A stretch of 54,199 bases of DNA, the filler included, from Squatina squatina (lineage: Eukaryota): assembly GCA_031763465.1 (NCBI GenBank). It is 4 parts of 4 records of this genome, joined end to end, with 100 filler letters (N's around TTAATTAATTAA, not from the genome) between each part and the next. Parts side by side here need not be neighbours in the genome. Positions count along the whole stretch, not along the records: positions 41,684 to 54,199 come from JARFOE010000058.1; 3 more parts are not named here. One strand, 5' to 3'. The first letter of the stretch is position 1, and every line of letters starts with the position of its first letter. The notes under the pieces are model-generated. The model had not been told where the DNA came from. It saw nothing but the letters and a program-made list of their open reading frames with translations, and made no database searches. Of the stretch, positions 51,613-54,199 are shown one piece after another. The position numbers were made by a program, and so were the translations under genes.

Positions 51613-52540
51613 ATGTTTAGATTGCGCAGAAGTCTCATTACAGTAGCATCAGACAGGATATCCCAAATTGCAGTAGTATGCTGCATGCTAAACAATTCAG
51701 TCACATACAGAGACCGCACCGTGGAAGAAGTTAAGGAGCAGCAGAACAATGCTGCACTGCAATCACCAGCAGGCAGGGCAGGAAGGGGTACTGCAGCATT
51801 AGGTTCTAATTAGCACCATCTTCATTCAACAGCCAAGAAAGTCAGCATTCCCCGCAACGACACAACTTGAGCTCACTCACCAGTCACCACATGAAGAATT
51901 TCCACAGGACACATTGCCCATAGCAATGAAAAGTTCCCAAAACAATTCAAATTTCACATATTAGCAGTATTACTATATTTTCCAATGTAGTTATTCTCTT
52001 TTCTTTTGCTCCTACATCTGTGTGTGTAGCCATGTCATTCCTAGTGCTGGTGCCTGCCTTGCTGAAAGAAAGCAATTCAAAATTATCATGGAAACCCAAT
52101 GATCCTGCATAATATTTGCATAATACACAATGGTGCAGTCCCCATGTGCTGCAGAAGGACTACCTCAAAGCATTCTTTATGCTGATTGGCTTCTTGGGAA
52201 ACATAGAAATTACAGCACAACAAAAGAGAATTTAGCCAATTGTGCCTGTACTGGTGCTAGATCTTCAAGTGGAGATACCTACTCCACCTTGCTTTCTCTA
52301 TTCATGTTTCACCATCTCCCATACTCGAGGCCTATGCCAACTGCCCTAAGCCATTTTGACGAGGGTAAGCTTTCTGGCCCCATCTGCAATTGAATGCCAA
52401 GTTTGCCTGAAAAAGGAGAAACAAAGTGAATTCTGTAAGAGGGCATGCTGTACTGACAGTCTATGGGTGCTACAAATTGCTTCTGATATCATGCATAGTG
52501 AAAGCAGATTGCAATGATCCTTTAGAAAACACTGGTTCAA

Positions 52541-52634
52541 CTAGAGTGTTGTGTCACCGCACTTTAGGAAGGATATGAAGGCCTTAGACAGGATGCAGAA
52601 AAGATTTATGAGAATGATTCCAGGGATGAGGGAC
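52541..52634 (+). mobile_element. CR1 ORF2 fragment
   Basis: SPHFRKDMKALDRMQKRFMRMIPGMRD. Confidence 0.85.
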
Positions 52635-53189
52635 NNNNNNNNNNNNNNNNNNNNNNNNNNNNNNNNNNNNNNNNNNNNNNNNNNNNNNNNNNNNNNNNNN
52701 NNNNNNNNNNNNNNNNNNNNNNNNNNNNNNNNNNATTGAGTATGAAGTACTATTAAAGGAATCATAAACCAATAGGTAGATTAGGGTTTTTTTTCCCAGT
52801 TCTAATATGGCTGCCCACCATAAACATTCTTTATTACTATAAGTACCACAGATTCTTTAGTTATCAATACTAATTTAAATGAACTGATAGGAGGCACAGT
52901 TATCGCAGGACAAAAGGGATGACTAGATTATAATTTATCCATGAGGTGGAATGGTTCCACCTGGAGGACCTAATGGAGAAATCATGAAACTCATCCCAGC
53001 TGGTCTGGAAGTCTGAGTGTCTGAGCCATCAGTAGAAATGTCTGACTTGCAGTTAATGAAATGCATTAAATTAAGCCAAACCTGACTACAGAGCAGAACC
53101 TGAGGAAAGTTGTGCATCTACAATCTCTAGACATTATTATTTGTGAAGAATATTGTCAAATGAATTTGATTAACCTTGTCCCTTCACAG

Positions 53190-53400
53190 TTTGATTTTGT
53201 GAAACTCCTGGATGGCAAGCAGTTGATTAAACAGGAGGCTGAAACTCCAGACAAATCAAAACACACACCTCGGAATTTGATCCTGATGACCCTTCAGGAG
53301 GCAGGGTTCATTGAATATGTGGATCCGGGAACTTGGCACTTTGCTTTCTACAATGATGGGAAGAAGATGGAACAGGTCTTTGTGCTTACTTCTGTGATAG
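53190..53400 (+). CDS. TENM1: Teneurin-1 coding exon preceding the EGF repeats (211 bp)
   Basis: ttgtcccttcacag|TTTGAT...GTGATAG|gtaagt. Encodes FDFVKLLDGKQLIKQEAETPDKSKHTPRNLILMTLQEAGFIEYVDPGTWHFAFYNDGKKMEQVFVLTSVI; PRNLIL and KKMEQVFVLT indicate TENM1 as recalled. Confidence 0.92.
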
Positions 53401-53981
53401 GTAAGTTATCATTGTTTCATTTGTCTTTAAATCAGTGGCCAAAAGCTCCTTTTCTAAACAATATAAGTTTTAGAAAAAGAAAGCAGATATGTAATCTACC
53501 CCTTTTTTGATTAATCTCAGCTCACCTTCCCGCCATGTACTTCAATTCCATATTTCTCTAGAAACGTAATTGTCTGTGTAACTCATTCATACCATGGGTT
53601 TCCATGGCTTTTCCTGGTAACCTACTCCATGGGACTGATTTTCAAATGCATGTTTCTAGTGTCAAACATCCCAGCAGCATTGAATAACAGAAAACTGTAG
53701 GTATGCTTCCCACAGTTTTCTAATCATTAAAATTAATGGATGGAAAATCATGGGAGTGTGCAGCGTGATTCCCAATGTGTTCTCCTGGTGGGCAAAGATC
53801 TGCATCATCAGTAATCAAGCAGAAAATAACTGGAATGACAAAAAGGCTCAAACCTATGTCATTCTGTTTGAGCATGAAGGGCGCTTACCGGGGTCAATTT
53901 TGACTTCTGGGCAGCAGAGCATACTGACCAATTACCCATTCCGGCGGCAAAGAGGCATATGCAGTTTTGGGGCCCCAGCAG

Positions 53982-54145
53982 TAATGTTCCTGCTAAGCTG
54001 CACAGCCACGCAGTCGTCTGGAAGTCCCGGACAAGCCGCTCACGGGCTTTTCAATGTAAATAACCTCACTTGCGAGAAAAATTGAATGGGCCACACAGCC
54101 AGTTAAAGGGCCCGCACACACCAAAAAGAAATTATAGGAACATTG
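53982..54145 (+). mobile_element. hAT-type MITE with perfect 8-bp TSD
   Basis: Termini (T)AATGTTCC / GGAACATTG flanked by CCCAGCAG at 53974-53981 and 54146-54153. Confidence 0.88.
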
Positions 54146-54199
54146 CCCAGCAGACTTGGATTTTGGCAGACGAGCTGCGGACAACAAACAAGTGTCCTG

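Larger units (their letters stand above)
50690..51830 (+). mobile_element. Highly decayed Harbinger (HARBI1-like DDE) transposase, interrupted by an insertion
   Basis: Ordered remnants: ISTAMSIVLKVTTA (~50850); AESNYEEEHAETRITIQHTFRLLKQYF (~51348-51428); RCLD and DRISQIAVVCCMLNN (~51611-51697). Confidence 0.75.

Overview
This is eukaryotic, repeat-rich, roughly 40% GC vertebrate genomic DNA. The repeat families (Deu-type SINEs, CR1, L2, Penelope-like termini, Harbinger and hAT elements, a 69-bp satellite) point to a cartilaginous fish, probably a shark. It is not one contiguous locus. Many 0.6-5 kb contigs are joined by 100-N gaps, and three gaps carry an artificial TTAATTAATTAA six-frame-stop linker, so gene order across gaps cannot be trusted. 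I found isolated exons with canonical AG/GT ends from seven genes: GOLPH3, BMS1, KIF19, TBRG1, a BMP1/Tolloid protease, MAP2K3/6 (three exons) and TENM1. The GOLPH3 exon and two of the MAP2K3/6 exons are absent from the ORF track. Most long ORFs in the track are artefacts of N-runs or the (GAT)n repeat. The most interesting leads are: (i) a KIF19 motor exon and a TBRG1 exon 639 bp apart on one gap-free contig, splice-compatible in frame; (ii) decayed minimal hammerhead-ribozyme motifs in Penelope-like termini, including an inverted pair; (iii) a shared-breakpoint Harbinger deletion family; (iv) a ~385-bp diverged direct repeat next to a 1.15-kb GAT tract. No novel system is firmly established. 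All family and gene assignments are from recalled sequences, not database searches.
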